Source of the DNA: Eubacteriales bacterium | Lineage (GTDB): Bacteria > Bacillota > Clostridia > Oscillospirales > CAG-272 | Direction of reading: 5' to 3' | DNA length: 64,000 nucleotides | Assembly: GCA_051867895.1 (NCBI GenBank) | Contig: JBJDZH010000011.1 | Location: 82,540-146,539 of the forward strand | In this document: positions 34,799 to 45,905 of the stretch, piece by piece | Numbering within the stretch: position 1 is the first letter of the stretch | Layout of the letters: every line of letters begins with the position of its first letter | Notes under the pieces: model-generated | Databases searched by the model: none | The model's input: only the letters and a program-made list of their open reading frames with translations | What the model was told of the DNA's origin: nothing | Position numbers and translations under genes: made by a program

Positions 34799-35794
34799 TC
34801 AACGGCGTCCTGCGCCGCCGCCGCGGGTGAAGCCGCCTGCACCGCCGCGCGAGCCACCGGAGAATCCGCCGGGACGTGAGCCGCCTGAGAATCCACCGGG
34901 GCGTGAGCCGCCGGGGTATCCGCCGGGGCGTGAGCCGCCTGAGAATCCACCGGGGTATCCGCCGGGACGAGGAGCGCTCGGGCGCTGTCCGGGAGGCGGG
35001 CTGCTCGGACGGGGACGCGGAGGCATATTGTATGGACGCGGATAAATGGTAGCGTAGCGCCTTCTGCGCCTTCTGCGTCCGTAACCGCCGCCTCCGCCGA
35101 AACCGGAGAACACAGCGATCAGAAGAATGACGATCACGATCACGATCGCCCATATGAGGATGCCGGCGCTGCTGCTGTCACGCCGGGCGGGCGATTCTTC
35201 ACCAGTCTGAGGTGTCTGCGTGTAGCTGCCGGAGGTTCCGTCCCACTCAGGGAGGGAGATGGAGTAGATCCTCTCGAACTGCGCGATCAGTTCATCAAAG
35301 ATCAGGCGAACGCCGGCGTCGTAGTTTCCCCGGGCAAAATCAGGCTCCAGGTAGCTGTTGAGCAGCAGCTTGAGGGTGCCGCTCGGCAGCAGCTCCTCCA
35401 GCCCTTTTCCCTGCATGATCCAGTAGTCGTCCTCGCCGATGGAGAGCAGGAGCAGGATGCCGTTGTTCTTTTCCGCGGAGCCGATGTTCCATTTGTTGAA
35501 CATTGCCTGTGCGTAATCCTTGATATCGAGTGTGCCGGTCGTTTTCACGCAGGCGACGACAAGCTGTGCGCCGCACAAATCAAACAGCGCGTCGTTTTGG
35601 GAGACAATATAGCTTTCCGTATCCGAATGGAGCACGTCTGCTTCATCCAGAACATAAAAACTGTCGGACGGTTCGGGAATCAGGGCGTCCGTGTCGGATT
35701 TCCCGCCGCAGCCGGCGAAAACGGACAGTGGCAGAAAAAGCAGAAGAAGCATTGCGGCGACGCGGAGACAACGGTGTTTTTTCAAAACGATCAT
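34799..35794 (-). CDS. TPM-domain lipoprotein with TM segment and Gly/Pro/Arg-rich tail
   Basis: Lipobox LSVFAGCGG. TPM-like FYVLDEADVLHSDTESYI...GAQLVVACV...NNGILLLLSIGEDDYWI. The tail is GGSRPGGYPGGSRPGGFSGGSRPGGFSGG. Confidence 0.7.
   Translation of the reverse strand: MIVLKKHRCLRVAAMLLLLFLPLSVFAGCGGKSDTDALIPEPSDSFYVLDEADVLHSDTESYIVSQNDALFDLCGAQLVVACVKTTGTLDIKDYAQAMFNKWNIGSAEKNNGILLLLSIGEDDYWIMQGKGLEELLPSGTLKLLLNSYLEPDFARGNYDAGVRLIFDELIAQFERIYSISLPEWDGTSGSYTQTPQTGEESPARRDSSSAGILIWAIVIVIVILLIAVFSGFGGGGGYGRRRRRRRYATIYPRPYNMPPRPRPSSPPPGQRPSAPRPGGYPGGFSGGSRPGGYPGGSRPGGFSGGSRPGGFSGGSRGGAGGFTRGGGAGRR
34850..34970 (-). repeat. imperfect in-frame tandem repeats (27-30 bp) encoding GGSRPGG(F/Y)(S/P) units; coordinates approximate
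   Basis: GTGAGCCGCCTGAGAATCCACCGGGG recurs at about 34876 and 34930 with related copies in between. Confidence 0.6.
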
Positions 35795-35841
35795 CCTTAT
35801 TATTTATCCGGCGGAGCCGGTGAAGCTCAGGGTGGGGCGGA

Positions 35842-36390
35842 TCAGCCGCCGAAGGTGACGGCGGGAATCCGCTTTCCGCCGCGCACGAATACAGACGCGG
35901 GGAAGGAGCTGACGGCGCGGTTGTATTTTTCAGCGAGCGCGGCATACTCCTCGTTGGCGCTCAGCCGCGCCTGTGTGGACTGCATCTCGTAAAAATAGGC
36001 GGTGGCGGAGTTTTTCTGCGCGTCGGGCAGCGTCTCGTCAAGGGACAGTCTGTAATACATCGCGGAGCAGGCGCGGAACAATTCGTCGCGCCGGTCGGTG
36101 AAGCCGAGAGGGGAATCCAGCGCTGCGCGGAAGTTTTCCAGCGTGCCGCTGTAGCCGTCGTCGCTGCCGTACCTCGCCGTATAGATGGCGTACAGATTCT
36201 GCGCGTAGTCGGCGTATTTCTGCAAATCGGTCTTTACGGTGCCGTAGCGGTCGGAGCCGGAGGCATAGGTTTTGACAAGGCTCCGTTCCAGAGAGCCGAC
36301 AGAGCGGTTGACGCCGAAGACGAGAGACAATAGGATCACGGCGATCATGATGACGACCGCCGCTGTCCGGTTGTATTTGATGAATTTCAT
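35842..36390 (-). CDS. LemA-like membrane-anchored protein (distant)
   Basis: N-terminal TM helix, the C-terminal YNRAVSSFPASVF motif typical of LemA ends, and adjacency to a TPM gene. The central region is divergent. Confidence 0.45.
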   Translation of the reverse strand: MKFIKYNRTAAVVIMIAVILLSLVFGVNRSVGSLERSLVKTYASGSDRYGTVKTDLQKYADYAQNLYAIYTARYGSDDGYSGTLENFRAALDSPLGFTDRRDELFRACSAMYYRLSLDETLPDAQKNSATAYFYEMQSTQARLSANEEYAALAEKYNRAVSSFPASVFVRGGKRIPAVTFGG

Positions 36391-36393
36391 GCC

Positions 36394-37554
36394 TTACTGC
36401 TTAATGTTCAGGAGCTTCGTCTTCAGCTCGTTCTCGATGCGTCCGAGTTCCGCTTCCGCCGCGCGGCGCTTCTCGCGTCCCTCGGTCTGGATCTGCTGGA
36501 CTTCGTCGAGCGTATTGATGAGCTCCTGGTTCGTATGGGTGAGCGTCTCGATATCGATGATGCCGCGCTCTGCCTCGCGTGCGACGTTGACGGTCGTCTG
36601 GTGGAGCTTTTCGGCGTTCTTTTTCAGCATTTCGTTTGTCATGTCGGTGACGGCGCGCTGTGCTTCCAGCGCCTGCTGAGAATGGGCGAGACCAAGCGCG
36701 ATCACCATCTGGCTCTTCCAGAGCGGGATGGTGTTTACGATCGTGGACTGGATTTTTTCGCTCATCAGCGTATCGTTGTTCTGAACGAGGCGGATCTGCG
36801 GCGCCATCTGGATCGAGACCATGCGCGTCAGCTCCAGATCGTAGATCTTCTTCTCAAAGCGATCGCACATGGCGGCGAAATCGTTCGCTTTCTGCGCATC
36901 CTCCGGCAGGCCGGACGCCTCTGCCTTTTTCTTCAGCTCGACGAGCGTCGTCGAGCGTTCCTTCTCAAGCTTCTGCTTGCCGGCGAGGATGTACATGGAC
37001 AATTCCTTGAAGTAGGTCAGGTTTGTCTCATACATCTTGTCGAGCGTCGCGACGTCCTTGAGCAGCGTGACCTGATGATTTTCCAGTACCGAAACGATGT
37101 TGTTTACGCTGACCTCCGCCTTGTCGTACTTCGCCTTCATGACGTTGATGTTCTTCTGCGTCTTGCGGAAGAAAGAGAAGAAGCCCTTGTCCTCTGCGTC
37201 CGTGTTGAAGGATTTCAGCTCGCCGACAAGATTGGCTACCATGTCGCCCACCTCGCCGAAGTCCTTGGTGCGGACGTTCTGGAGTGCGGCGTCGGAGAAA
37301 TTGGCGATCTTCTGCTGCGTACCCGCGCCGTACTGGAGCACGGTGGCAGTATCGGTGATGTCGATCTTCTCGGAAAATTCGCTGACAGCTTTCTTCTCAG
37401 CGTCGGTGAGCTGCGCTTCTGCCAGCTTGACGACATCCTCGGCTGTGGTGGTATTGACGGCGGGGGCTTCCGCCGCTGCGCTTGCTGCCGCGGCGCTCTG
37501 CGCGCCGAACGGATCGAGCGTAAGATTGATTTCAGGTGTATCGTTTGCTGCCAT
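36394..37554 (-). CDS. TelA-family toxic-anion-resistance protein
   Basis: DITDTATVLQYGAGTQQKIANFSD...RTKDFGEVGDMVANLVGELKSF followed by long coiled helices, consistent with TelA/YceH. Confidence 0.8.
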   Translation of the reverse strand: MAANDTPEINLTLDPFGAQSAAAASAAAEAPAVNTTTAEDVVKLAEAQLTDAEKKAVSEFSEKIDITDTATVLQYGAGTQQKIANFSDAALQNVRTKDFGEVGDMVANLVGELKSFNTDAEDKGFFSFFRKTQKNINVMKAKYDKAEVSVNNIVSVLENHQVTLLKDVATLDKMYETNLTYFKELSMYILAGKQKLEKERSTTLVELKKKAEASGLPEDAQKANDFAAMCDRFEKKIYDLELTRMVSIQMAPQIRLVQNNDTLMSEKIQSTIVNTIPLWKSQMVIALGLAHSQQALEAQRAVTDMTNEMLKKNAEKLHQTTVNVAREAERGIIDIETLTHTNQELINTLDEVQQIQTEGREKRRAAEAELGRIENELKTKLLNIKQ

Positions 37555-37694
37555 GTCAGAGTCCTCCGTAATCAGTGAATATAAAAATAGTATAATAAAT
37601 GAAGGGAATCCGTGTACATGTGTCTGGGGATATCAGACGGCGGAGAGGGGAATCCGGTAAAAGAAGGCATCCTGCGGCTGCCGTTTAATGTCCC

Positions 37695-38378
37695 TTATTT
37701 CAGGTTATCCCGCGCCAGCATCGTTTCCAGCACCGTGATATCGGTGGAGACGTCCAGTGCATCGTCCGCATAAAGCGCGTCCAACTGATGGTGGAAGGAG
37801 GTGTTGATTTGGGCGAGAGCCCCCTCGATGGCGGTGATGGTCTCCGAAATGTTGGCTCCGTCCGCATCCTGCGCAGTCACGGCGGCGTATTTGGCTGCCA
37901 GCTTCCGTGTCGTCGGCAGGTAATAGTTGAGAAAACGGCGGATCCGCGGCAGATCGTCCGGTGATTCCAGAATCGACGACTGAATCTTCGCGCAGGTCTC
38001 CTCGATCTCTGCCATAACGGCGGCGGTCTGCGGCTTTCTGCCGGCGATCTTTTCCCGCGCGGCGCGGAGATCGTCCCGTGCGTCTGCAATGGCGCGGGCC
38101 ATGGCATCCAGATCGTCATTGCCGACGTAGAACGGCAGCTCGACCAGGCGCGTTTCCTTCGGGAGAAGGCGCGCGGTCAGAATCGCGGCGGCGGCGGAGA
38201 CGAGTGCGATCAGCACAAGGTGGAACGGGCGGTACATCGGGAGCGCGAGCGCAGCGATCAGCCACACGGCGGAAGCTGCCCAGAAGGGAAGCGCCGGCTT
38301 GACGGGCTCCTCGCGGTATTTTCGGCCGTCCTTTTCGATGATTTTGTCCTTTGCGGGAACATCGTTTTTATGACTCAT
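37695..38378 (-). CDS. XpaC-like (5-bromo-4-chloroindolyl phosphate hydrolysis family) membrane protein
   Basis: Two N-terminal TM helices and then a helical domain. These proteins are usually paired with TelA genes. Confidence 0.5.
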   Translation of the reverse strand: MSHKNDVPAKDKIIEKDGRKYREEPVKPALPFWAASAVWLIAALALPMYRPFHLVLIALVSAAAAILTARLLPKETRLVELPFYVGNDDLDAMARAIADARDDLRAAREKIAGRKPQTAAVMAEIEETCAKIQSSILESPDDLPRIRRFLNYYLPTTRKLAAKYAAVTAQDADGANISETITAIEGALAQINTSFHHQLDALYADDALDVSTDITVLETMLARDNLK

Positions 38379-39213
38379 CCGTATCTTCCTTTCCTTGCGC
38401 CGGCTGTGCGGTGCTCATAGCCTCCGGGTTCTTTTGCAGAGAGAAAACGCGGGCAGCGGCAAAGAGGGCGACTGAGAGGGAAACGGCGCTGTCTGTCAGG
38501 GAAAAACCGTGTCCGAGCGTGTCATGCAGCGCAATGACGAGATGGGAGCCGCCGACGGCGGTACACAGCACAAAGCAGAGCAGAGCGAAAAACAGATAGC
38601 TCGGCGACTGCGTCCGTCCGAGTGCGACGCGCGCTTCGCCGGTGAAAAACAGCGCCATGGAGAGATACATCATCAGATCGTATGATTTGACAGGCGCGTT
38701 CATGCCGTACTCGCCGCTGAAATAGGCAGCCAGAACAGAGAAAAATGCATACAGGATCGGGAGAAGGGAGAGAAACGCGAAAGCTGCGGTCCCTGACGCT
38801 TTCTCCGAGTTCAGCAGGAGAAAGTACGCGGCGGATACCGCCATCAGGGCGAGACGCACAATCGAGAGGGGAGACAGAGGCTCGCCGGCGGAGGCGCGGA
38901 TGGACCAGATAAACGAGGCAAGGAGCAAAAATGCAGTCAGCGTAGAGGCAAAGGCTGCGGTGCCCGACGGCGGGGCGGGTGAAAGACGGCAGCGGGCACA
39001 GGCGCACAGGATTCCCGCGGCAGCGGCGGTGAGCGCGCCGGCAACGCACAGGAGCGCGGCGGCGGCGGCAGGGACGGAGCCGGCGGTAAAGTGGCGCAGC
39101 GCGGTGTCGTAGGTCTGTGTCAGCGCCAGATACAGACAGACGGCAGACGACAGTGCAAACACGGCTGCGGCTGCCAGACAAAGCCGCGGCGCGGCTTTCC
39201 GGAAAGCGGGCAT
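38368..39213 (-). CDS. hypothetical polytopic membrane protein
   Basis: About 8 hydrophobic helices. Start chosen at MPAFRK, with GGAGGA 8 nt upstream. The stop overlaps the XpaC-like start by 11 nt. Confidence 0.45.
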   Translation of the reverse strand: MPAFRKAAPRLCLAAAAVFALSSAVCLYLALTQTYDTALRHFTAGSVPAAAAALLCVAGALTAAAAGILCACARCRLSPAPPSGTAAFASTLTAFLLLASFIWSIRASAGEPLSPLSIVRLALMAVSAAYFLLLNSEKASGTAAFAFLSLLPILYAFFSVLAAYFSGEYGMNAPVKSYDLMMYLSMALFFTGEARVALGRTQSPSYLFFALLCFVLCTAVGGSHLVIALHDTLGHGFSLTDSAVSLSVALFAAARVFSLQKNPEAMSTAQPAQGKEDTDES

Positions 39214-39453
39214 ACGGGGTTCCTCCATCCGGCGTTCCGCACGTGGGCGGAGCGCGAATAAACGTACATATACATTATAATACCACAAATGCGGTGTACA
39301 CGCAAGGGATGCATGCAATTTTGTTGGAATTTCCCTGTGCGATGGGTCGCGTGCGGCGGCGGCAGCAGTAGTTTTGTGGCGATTCGCACAAAAGAAAAGA
39401 GGGTAATGACGAAAAAAATCTACGGAAATTATGAGAAAAATCTCTTAAAACTG

Positions 39454-39482
39454 TTGATGTACCAAAAAATCTGTAGTATAAT
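39454..39482 (+). promoter_or_regulatory. sigma-A-type promoter of the S10 ribosomal operon
   Basis: TTGATG (39454-39459), a 17-nt spacer, then TATAAT (39477-39482), in an AT-rich island. Confidence 0.55.
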
Positions 39483-39741
39483 ATATAGGCTTGATGTGCG
39501 ATGAAGCGGGAGGTTGCCGCAGCCTGGCGCTGCTGCTCCGGGCGGCGGGGAATTTCCGTGGAGTATGTCCGATTCAATCGGGCGAAAGGAAGCACGCAGG
39601 CGTTCTGATTTTTTCTGGATTCCGGTTTTGCGGCGGTTATGCTGGCTGCTGCGGACCCGGCTTCTTTCAGGAGAAAAAGGAAACGCCCGGGCACGTGTTC
39701 CCGCGCCTCAAAGACAAAATCTATACAGGAGGCAGTACAAA

Positions 39742-40056
39742 GTGGCAGGCAATGAAAAGATCCGTGTGAGACTGAAGAGCTATGAGCACACCCTCATTGA
39801 TTCGGCGGCTGAAAAGATCGTCGAGATCGCCAAGAGAAACGGCGCTGAGGTCTCCGGTCCGATTCCGCTTCCGACTGAGAAGCAGGTCGTCACCATCCTT
39901 CGCGCAGTCCATAAGTATAAGGACAGCCGCGAGCAGTTTGAGCAGAGAACCCACAAGAGACTGATTGAGATCCGCCGCCCGTCCCAGAAGACGGTCGAGG
40001 CTCTCATGAGTGTCGAGCTCCCCGCCGGCGTGGACATCGATCTTCAGCTGAACTGA
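39742..40056 (+). CDS. rpsJ: 30S ribosomal protein S10
   Basis: GTG start 9 nt after [23 protein letters not shown]...GPIPLPTEK...RTHKRLIEI. Confidence 0.95.
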   Translation: MAGNEKIRVRLKSYEHTLIDSAAEKIVEIAKRNGAEVSGPIPLPTEKQVVTILRAVHKYKDSREQFEQRTHKRLIEIRRPSQKTVEALMSVELPAGVDIDLQLN

Positions 40057-40219
40057 GGTTGTCCCGCTGCATAAGCCATCACCCCACCGTGCAGAGCGAT
40101 AAACCGCGCGGCTGTGCTGCGCGGCATGCTTGATGACGGCAAGGTCATGTTGACGCCCGCCGTACGGCTTGCGGCAATCCCTGGACGCCAACCAATAACC
40201 TTATCAGGAGGAAAAACAA

Positions 40220-40852
40220 ATGAAAAAAGGAATCATCGGCAAGAAGCTGGGCATGACCCAGATCTTCGACGAGAACGGCAACGTGATCCCGGTAACGGTG
40301 ATCGAGGCCGGTCCCTGCACGGTCGTGCAGAAGAAGACGGTCGAGAACGACGGCTACAGCGCCGTGCAGCTCGGCTTTGAGGACGTCAGCGAAAAGCGCC
40401 TGACGAAGCCTGCCGCGGGTCACTTCAAGAAGGCCGGCGTGCAGATGAAGAGACATCTCAAGGAGTTCCGCCTTGAGGGAGCAGCGGATCTGAATCCGGG
40501 CGACGTGATCGCCGCCGATACCTTCGCCGCAGGCGATAAGGTCGACATTACAGGGATCACGAAGGGCCGCGGATACACCGGCTCCATCAAGAGATGGAAT
40601 CACCACATCCTGAGAATGACGCACGGTACCGGTCCGATCCACCGTCAGCCCGGCTCCATGGGCGCAAACTCCACCCCGTCCCGCATCTATAAGAACAAGA
40701 AGATGGCAGGTCAGTACGGCAACGAGCAGGTCACAATCCTGAATCTTGAAGTAGTTAAAGTAGACGCTGAGAAGAATATCATCGCGGTTAAGGGCGCCGT
40801 TCCCGGCTCCCGCGGCGGCATTGTGTTCCTTCGCAACAGCGTGAAAGCATAA
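40220..40852 (+). CDS. rplC: 50S ribosomal protein L3
   Basis: [33 protein letters not shown]... Confidence 0.97.
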   Translation: MKKGIIGKKLGMTQIFDENGNVIPVTVIEAGPCTVVQKKTVENDGYSAVQLGFEDVSEKRLTKPAAGHFKKAGVQMKRHLKEFRLEGAADLNPGDVIAADTFAAGDKVDITGITKGRGYTGSIKRWNHHILRMTHGTGPIHRQPGSMGANSTPSRIYKNKKMAGQYGNEQVTILNLEVVKVDAEKNIIAVKGAVPGSRGGIVFLRNSVKA

Positions 40853-40870
40853 TCGGAAGGAGGAAGTACA

Positions 40871-41497
40871 ATGCCAGAAATTAAGGTTGTCAATATGGCA
40901 GGCGCTGAGGTCGGAACCATGACTCTTTCCGACACGGTGTTCGCGTCCGAGGTGAACGGCGCTGTCCTCCATGCGGCAGTGAAATCCTACCTCGCAAACC
41001 AGAGACAGGGCACGCAGTCCACACTGACGCGCACTGAGGTCTCCGGAGGCGGCAGAAAGCCGTGGAGACAGAAGGGTACCGGACGCGCCCGTCAGGGCTC
41101 CACCCGTTCTCCGCAGTGGACGCACGGCGGCGTGGCGCTCGGTCCGAAGCCGCGCTCCTACAGCTTCAAGCTGAACCGCAAGGTGCGCCGCCTCGCCCTG
41201 TTCGGCGCTCTCTCCTCCAAGGTCGCGGGCGGCGAGATGATCGTCGTCGATAAGATCGCGACGGAGGAATACAAGACGAAGACCATGGCGGCGATGCTCA
41301 AGGCGATCGGCGCGTCCAAAAAGACGCTCGTCGTTCTCCCGGAGGCGGACGCGAAGGTCATCGGCAGCTTTGCCAATATCCCGGGCGTTAAGACGACGCT
41401 CTGCAGCACGCTGAGCGTATACGACATTCTGAACTGCGACTCCTTCGTCGCCGCGAAGGACGCCGTTGCGAAGATCGAGGAGGTGTACGCGAAATGA
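40871..41497 (+). CDS. rplD: 50S ribosomal protein L4
   Basis: ...RQGTQSTLTRTEVSGGGRKPWRQKGTGRARQGS... Confidence 0.97.
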   Translation: MPEIKVVNMAGAEVGTMTLSDTVFASEVNGAVLHAAVKSYLANQRQGTQSTLTRTEVSGGGRKPWRQKGTGRARQGSTRSPQWTHGGVALGPKPRSYSFKLNRKVRRLALFGALSSKVAGGEMIVVDKIATEEYKTKTMAAMLKAIGASKKTLVVLPEADAKVIGSFANIPGVKTTLCSTLSVYDILNCDSFVAAKDAVAKIEEVYAK

Positions 41498-41787
41498 AGT
41501 TCGCTCAGGACATCATCATAAAGCCGCTCATCACCGAGAAGAGCATGGACGGCATCGCCGACAAGAAGTACGCCTTCCGGGTCGCGAAGGACGCGACAAA
41601 GCCGGAGATCGCTCATGCGGTCGAGGAGCTGTTTGGCGTGAAAGTCGATTCCGTCAATACCATCAACATGAAGAGAAAGCCCAAAAGACTCCGCTATCAG
41701 ACCGGCTACACCGCCGCGTGGAAAAAGGCCATCGTTACCCTGAAGGCCGACTCCAAGCCGATCGAGTTCTTTGAGGGACTGAACTGA
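41494..41787 (+). CDS. rplW: 50S ribosomal protein L23
   Basis: [11 protein letters not shown]...[15 protein letters not shown]; 4-nt overlap with rplD. Confidence 0.95.
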   Translation: MKFAQDIIIKPLITEKSMDGIADKKYAFRVAKDATKPEIAHAVEELFGVKVDSVNTINMKRKPKRLRYQTGYTAAWKKAIVTLKADSKPIEFFEGLN

Positions 41788-41803
41788 GAGGAGGAGAGAT
41801 AAC

Positions 41804-42634
<831 letters not shown>

Positions 42635-42651
42635 GGAAGGAGGCACCGTAA

Positions 42652-42933
42652 ATGAGCAGAAGCTTGAAAAAAGCACCCTTTGTAGAAGCGAAGCTGTATG
42701 CACGCATCTGCGCCATGAACGAAAAGGGCGAGAAGAAGGTACTCAAGACATGGTCCCGTTCTTCCACAATTTTCCCGGAATTCGTGGGTCATACGATCGC
42801 GGTTCACGACGGCAGAAAGCATATCCCGGTGTACGTCACGGAGGATATGGTCGGTCATAAGCTCGGAGAGTTCGCGCCTACCCGCACGTTCAAGGGACAT
42901 GCCGGCTCCAAAACATCCAACAACGGTAACTGA
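42652..42933 (+). CDS. rpsS: 30S ribosomal protein S19
   Basis: [11 protein letters not shown]...[36 protein letters not shown]. Confidence 0.97.
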   Translation: MSRSLKKAPFVEAKLYARICAMNEKGEKKVLKTWSRSSTIFPEFVGHTIAVHDGRKHIPVYVTEDMVGHKLGEFAPTRTFKGHAGSKTSNNGN

Positions 42934-42960
42934 TTCGCAAAGGGAGGTTAAAAGATAACA

Positions 42961-43296
42961 ATGGAAGCAAGAGCTACTGAAAGCTTCATCCGCATCTCCC
43001 CTCGCAAGGTCAAGGTCGTCCTCGATCTGATCCGTGGCAAGGACGCCGCTGTTGCAGCCGGTATTCTGAAGAATACGCGCAAAGCTGCCTGCGAGCCCCT
43101 GATCAAGCTCCTTGACCGCGTCGTGGCAGACGCTGAGAATAATTTCCACATGGATCCCGAGAAGCTCGTCGTCTCGGAGTGCTATGTGACCCCCGGCATG
43201 ACGCTGAAGAGAATGATGCCCCGCGGCAAAGGCTCGGGCGACAGGATCCTGAAGCGCACAAGCCACATTACCATGACGGTAAAAGAGAAAGAATAA
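42961..43296 (+). CDS. rplV: 50S ribosomal protein L22
   Basis: [17 protein letters not shown]...[22 protein letters not shown]. Confidence 0.95.
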   Translation: MEARATESFIRISPRKVKVVLDLIRGKDAAVAAGILKNTRKAACEPLIKLLDRVVADAENNFHMDPEKLVVSECYVTPGMTLKRMMPRGKGSGDRILKRTSHITMTVKEKE

Positions 43297-43312
43297 AGAG
43301 GGAGGCTGGAAT

Positions 43313-44224
43313 ATGGGACAGAAGGTGAATCCGCACGGTCTGCGTGTCGGAGTAATCAAAAACTGGGACTCCAGATGGTACGCCAGCGACGAGAAGTTCG
43401 GCGATACCCTTGTCTCGGATTATAAAGTAAGAGAATACCTCAAGAAAAAGCTCATGGACGCCGGCATCCCGAAGATCGAGATCGAGCGCGACAACGCCGG
43501 CAAGGCGCGTGTGTTCATCCACTGCGCAAAGCCGGGCATGGTCATCGGCAAGGGCGGCGCCGAGATCGATAAGCTCAAGCTGGAGCTTGAGAAAATGATG
43601 GGTACCACCGTGGCGGTCAACGTCATCGAGGTCAAGCCGGTCGATATGTGTGCACAGCTCGTTGCCGAGTCCATCGCGTCTCAGCTTGAGCGCCGCATCT
43701 CCTTCCGCCGCGCTATGAAGCAGGCGATCGGACGTACCATGCGCCTCGGCGCCAAGGGCATCAAGATCAACCTGAACGGACGTCTCGCCGGTGCGGAAAT
43801 CGCACGGACCGAGCATTACCATGAAGGCACGATCCCGCTGCAGACGCTGCGCGCGGACATCGACTACGGCTTCGCGGAAGCCAACACTACCTACGGCAAG
43901 ATCGGCGTAAAGGTCTGGATCTACAAGGGCGAGGTCCTCTCTGAGGTTGCCCGCACGCAGACCGGCGCATCGGCCGCCGCTGAGGACAAGAAGAGATTCG
44001 CCGACAAGCGCGAGCGCCGCGACAGACGTCCCGGTGATCGCCGCGACGGCGGACGGAATTTCGGCGACAGACGCCAGGGCGACCGCCGCGACGGCGGACG
44101 GAATTTCGGCGACAGACGCCAGAATGCCGACCGTCCGATGCGCTCCGACCGTCCGATGCGCGCTCCGGCCGCTCCCGCTGCTCCCGCAGCACCGAAGGAA
44201 TCTACAGAAGGGGGCGCTAACTGA
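43313..44224 (+). CDS. rpsC: 30S ribosomal protein S3 with a roughly 90-aa Arg/Asp/Gly-rich C-terminal extension
   Basis: [24 protein letters not shown]...[14 protein letters not shown] forms the S3 core (about 215 aa). A tail follows: ...[36 protein letters not shown]...[11 protein letters not shown]. Confidence 0.95.
   Translation: MGQKVNPHGLRVGVIKNWDSRWYASDEKFGDTLVSDYKVREYLKKKLMDAGIPKIEIERDNAGKARVFIHCAKPGMVIGKGGAEIDKLKLELEKMMGTTVAVNVIEVKPVDMCAQLVAESIASQLERRISFRRAMKQAIGRTMRLGAKGIKINLNGRLAGAEIARTEHYHEGTIPLQTLRADIDYGFAEANTTYGKIGVKVWIYKGEVLSEVARTQTGASAAAEDKKRFADKRERRDRRPGDRRDGGRNFGDRRQGDRRDGGRNFGDRRQNADRPMRSDRPMRAPAAPAAPAAPKESTEGGAN
44033..44122 (+). repeat. 2 x 45-bp in-frame tandem repeat within the rpsC 3' extension
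   Basis: Copies at 44033-44077 and 44078-44122 differ at 2 nt, and each encodes [16 protein letters not shown] short GACCGTCCGATGCGC duplicate follows. Confidence 0.9.
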
Positions 44225-44226
44225 TT

Positions 44227-44658
44227 ATGTTGATGCCTAAGAGAGTCAAATACAGACGCGTCCAGAGAGGACGCCTGAAGGGTCGCGCCAGCCGCGGCAA
44301 CAAGATCACGAACGGTACCTACGGTCTCGTTGCTCTCGAGCCCGCATGGATCACCTCCAACCAGATCGAAGCCGCCCGTATCGCTATGACCCGCTATACC
44401 AAGCGCGGCGGTCAGGTCTGGATCAAGATCTTCCCGGATAAGCCGATCACCGAAAAGCCGGCTGAAACCCGAATGGGTTCCGGTAAGGGTTCTCCCGAGT
44501 ACTGGGTCGCCGTCGTCAAGCCGGGCAGAGTCCTGTTTGAGATGGGCGACGTCACCGAGGAGACCGCAAAGGAAGCAATGCGTCTCGCAATGCACAAGCT
44601 CCCGATCAAGTGCCGTTTCGCAACCCGGGAGCAGCTCGACAAAGAAGTGGAGGGATAA
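44227..44658 (+). CDS. rplP: 50S ribosomal protein L16
   Basis: [19 protein letters not shown]... Confidence 0.97.
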   Translation: MLMPKRVKYRRVQRGRLKGRASRGNKITNGTYGLVALEPAWITSNQIEAARIAMTRYTKRGGQVWIKIFPDKPITEKPAETRMGSGKGSPEYWVAVVKPGRVLFEMGDVTEETAKEAMRLAMHKLPIKCRFATREQLDKEVEG

Positions 44659-44661
44659 GCT

Positions 44662-44850
44662 GTGAAGGCTACTGAGATTAAAAAGATGTCGGACGCTGAG
44701 CTGGACGCAAAGCTGAAGGAGCTCAAGAGCGAGCTCTTCAACCTGCGCTTCCAGCACGCGATCAACCAGCTTGACAACCCCCACAAGATCACGGACGTGA
44801 AAAAGGATATCGCCCGCGTGATGACGGTCATCCGCGAGAAGAACGCTTAA
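44662..44850 (+). CDS. rpmC: 50S ribosomal protein L29
   Basis: GTG start. ...[24 protein letters not shown]... Confidence 0.93.
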   Translation: MKATEIKKMSDAELDAKLKELKSELFNLRFQHAINQLDNPHKITDVKKDIARVMTVIREKNA

Positions 44851-44864
44851 GGGGGCACTGAGAG

Positions 44865-45125
44865 ATGGAAGAAACCCGTAACCTGAGAAAGACCAGAGTG
44901 GGCAAGGTTGTCTCCAACAAGATGGATAAGTGCATCACGATCGCCATCGCGGACAACGTCAAGCACCCCACCTACGGCAAGATCATCAAGCGTACCACGA
45001 AGATCCACGCGCGCGATGAGAAGAACGAGTGCGGCATCGGAGATACCGTCGAGGTCATGGAGACCAGACCGCTCTCCAAGACGATCCGCTGGAGACTCGT
45101 CCAGATCATCGAAAAAGCGAAATAA
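44865..45125 (+). CDS. rpsQ: 30S ribosomal protein S17
   Basis: [21 protein letters not shown]...[19 protein letters not shown]... Confidence 0.95.
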   Translation: MEETRNLRKTRVGKVVSNKMDKCITIAIADNVKHPTYGKIIKRTTKIHARDEKNECGIGDTVEVMETRPLSKTIRWRLVQIIEKAK

Positions 45126-45190
45126 GGATGAAAATCCTCATCCGTACGTCAAAGAACGTACGCAAATCATAATCAGGAGGACATGCTAAA

Positions 45191-45559
45191 GTGATTCAGC
45201 AGCAGTCATTGATGACCGTTGCCGACAACACGGGTGCCAAAGAGCTTATGTGCATCCGCGTGCTGGGCGGCAGCGGAAGACGATATGCGAACATCGGCGA
45301 CGTTGTTGTCTGCGCCGTGAAGAAAGCGGCTCCGGGCGGCGTTGTGAAAAAAGGCGATGTCGTAAAGGCTGTAATCGTTCGCAGCGTGATGGGCCTTCGC
45401 CGCGCGGATGGCTCCTATATCAAGTTCGACGAAAATGCAGCAGTCATTATCGGAGACGATAAAAACCCGAAGGGAACCCGTATTTTCGGGCCGGTCGCCC
45501 GCGAACTCCGCGAGCACGACTACACGAAGATCCTGTCCCTCGCACCGGAAGTTCTGTAA
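45191..45559 (+). CDS. rplN: 50S ribosomal protein L14
   Basis: GTG start. [27 protein letters not shown]... Confidence 0.97.
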   Translation: MIQQQSLMTVADNTGAKELMCIRVLGGSGRRYANIGDVVVCAVKKAAPGGVVKKGDVVKAVIVRSVMGLRRADGSYIKFDENAAVIIGDDKNPKGTRIFGPVARELREHDYTKILSLAPEVL

Positions 45560-45571
45560 GGAGGAGAAGCA

Positions 45572-45889
45572 ATGGCAAACAATATGCATGTAAAGAAAGA
45601 CGATCTTGTCATCGTGATCTCCGGCAACTCGAAGGGCGTCAAAGGCAAGGTTCTTGAGGTTTCCCCCAAGGAGGGCAAGGTCATTGTCGCCGGCGCCAAT
45701 AAGGTGAAGAAGCACGTCAAACCGAAGGCGCAGGGACAGCAGGGAAGCATCGTTGAGACCGAGGGCGCCATCTACGCCTCCAAGGTCCAGCTCTTCTGCG
45801 AGAAGTGCGGCAAGCAGACCAGAGCTGCCCACAAGATCGAAGACGGCAAGAAAATCCGTGTCTGCGCCAAATGCGGCGCCGCACTGTAA
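45572..45889 (+). CDS. rplX: 50S ribosomal protein L24
   Basis: HVKKDDLVIVISGNSKGVKGKVLEV (KOW motif). Confidence 0.95.
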   Translation: MANNMHVKKDDLVIVISGNSKGVKGKVLEVSPKEGKVIVAGANKVKKHVKPKAQGQQGSIVETEGAIYASKVQLFCEKCGKQTRAAHKIEDGKKIRVCAKCGAAL

Positions 45890-45905
45890 GGCGGAGGTGT
45901 GAGCA

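Noticed and set aside
34632-35045. Plus-strand 137-aa ORF with PPGREPPENPPG repeats.
   Set aside because: It is the antisense reading of the Gly/Pro/Arg repeat tail of the TPM-domain gene. It has no RBS and no independent evidence.
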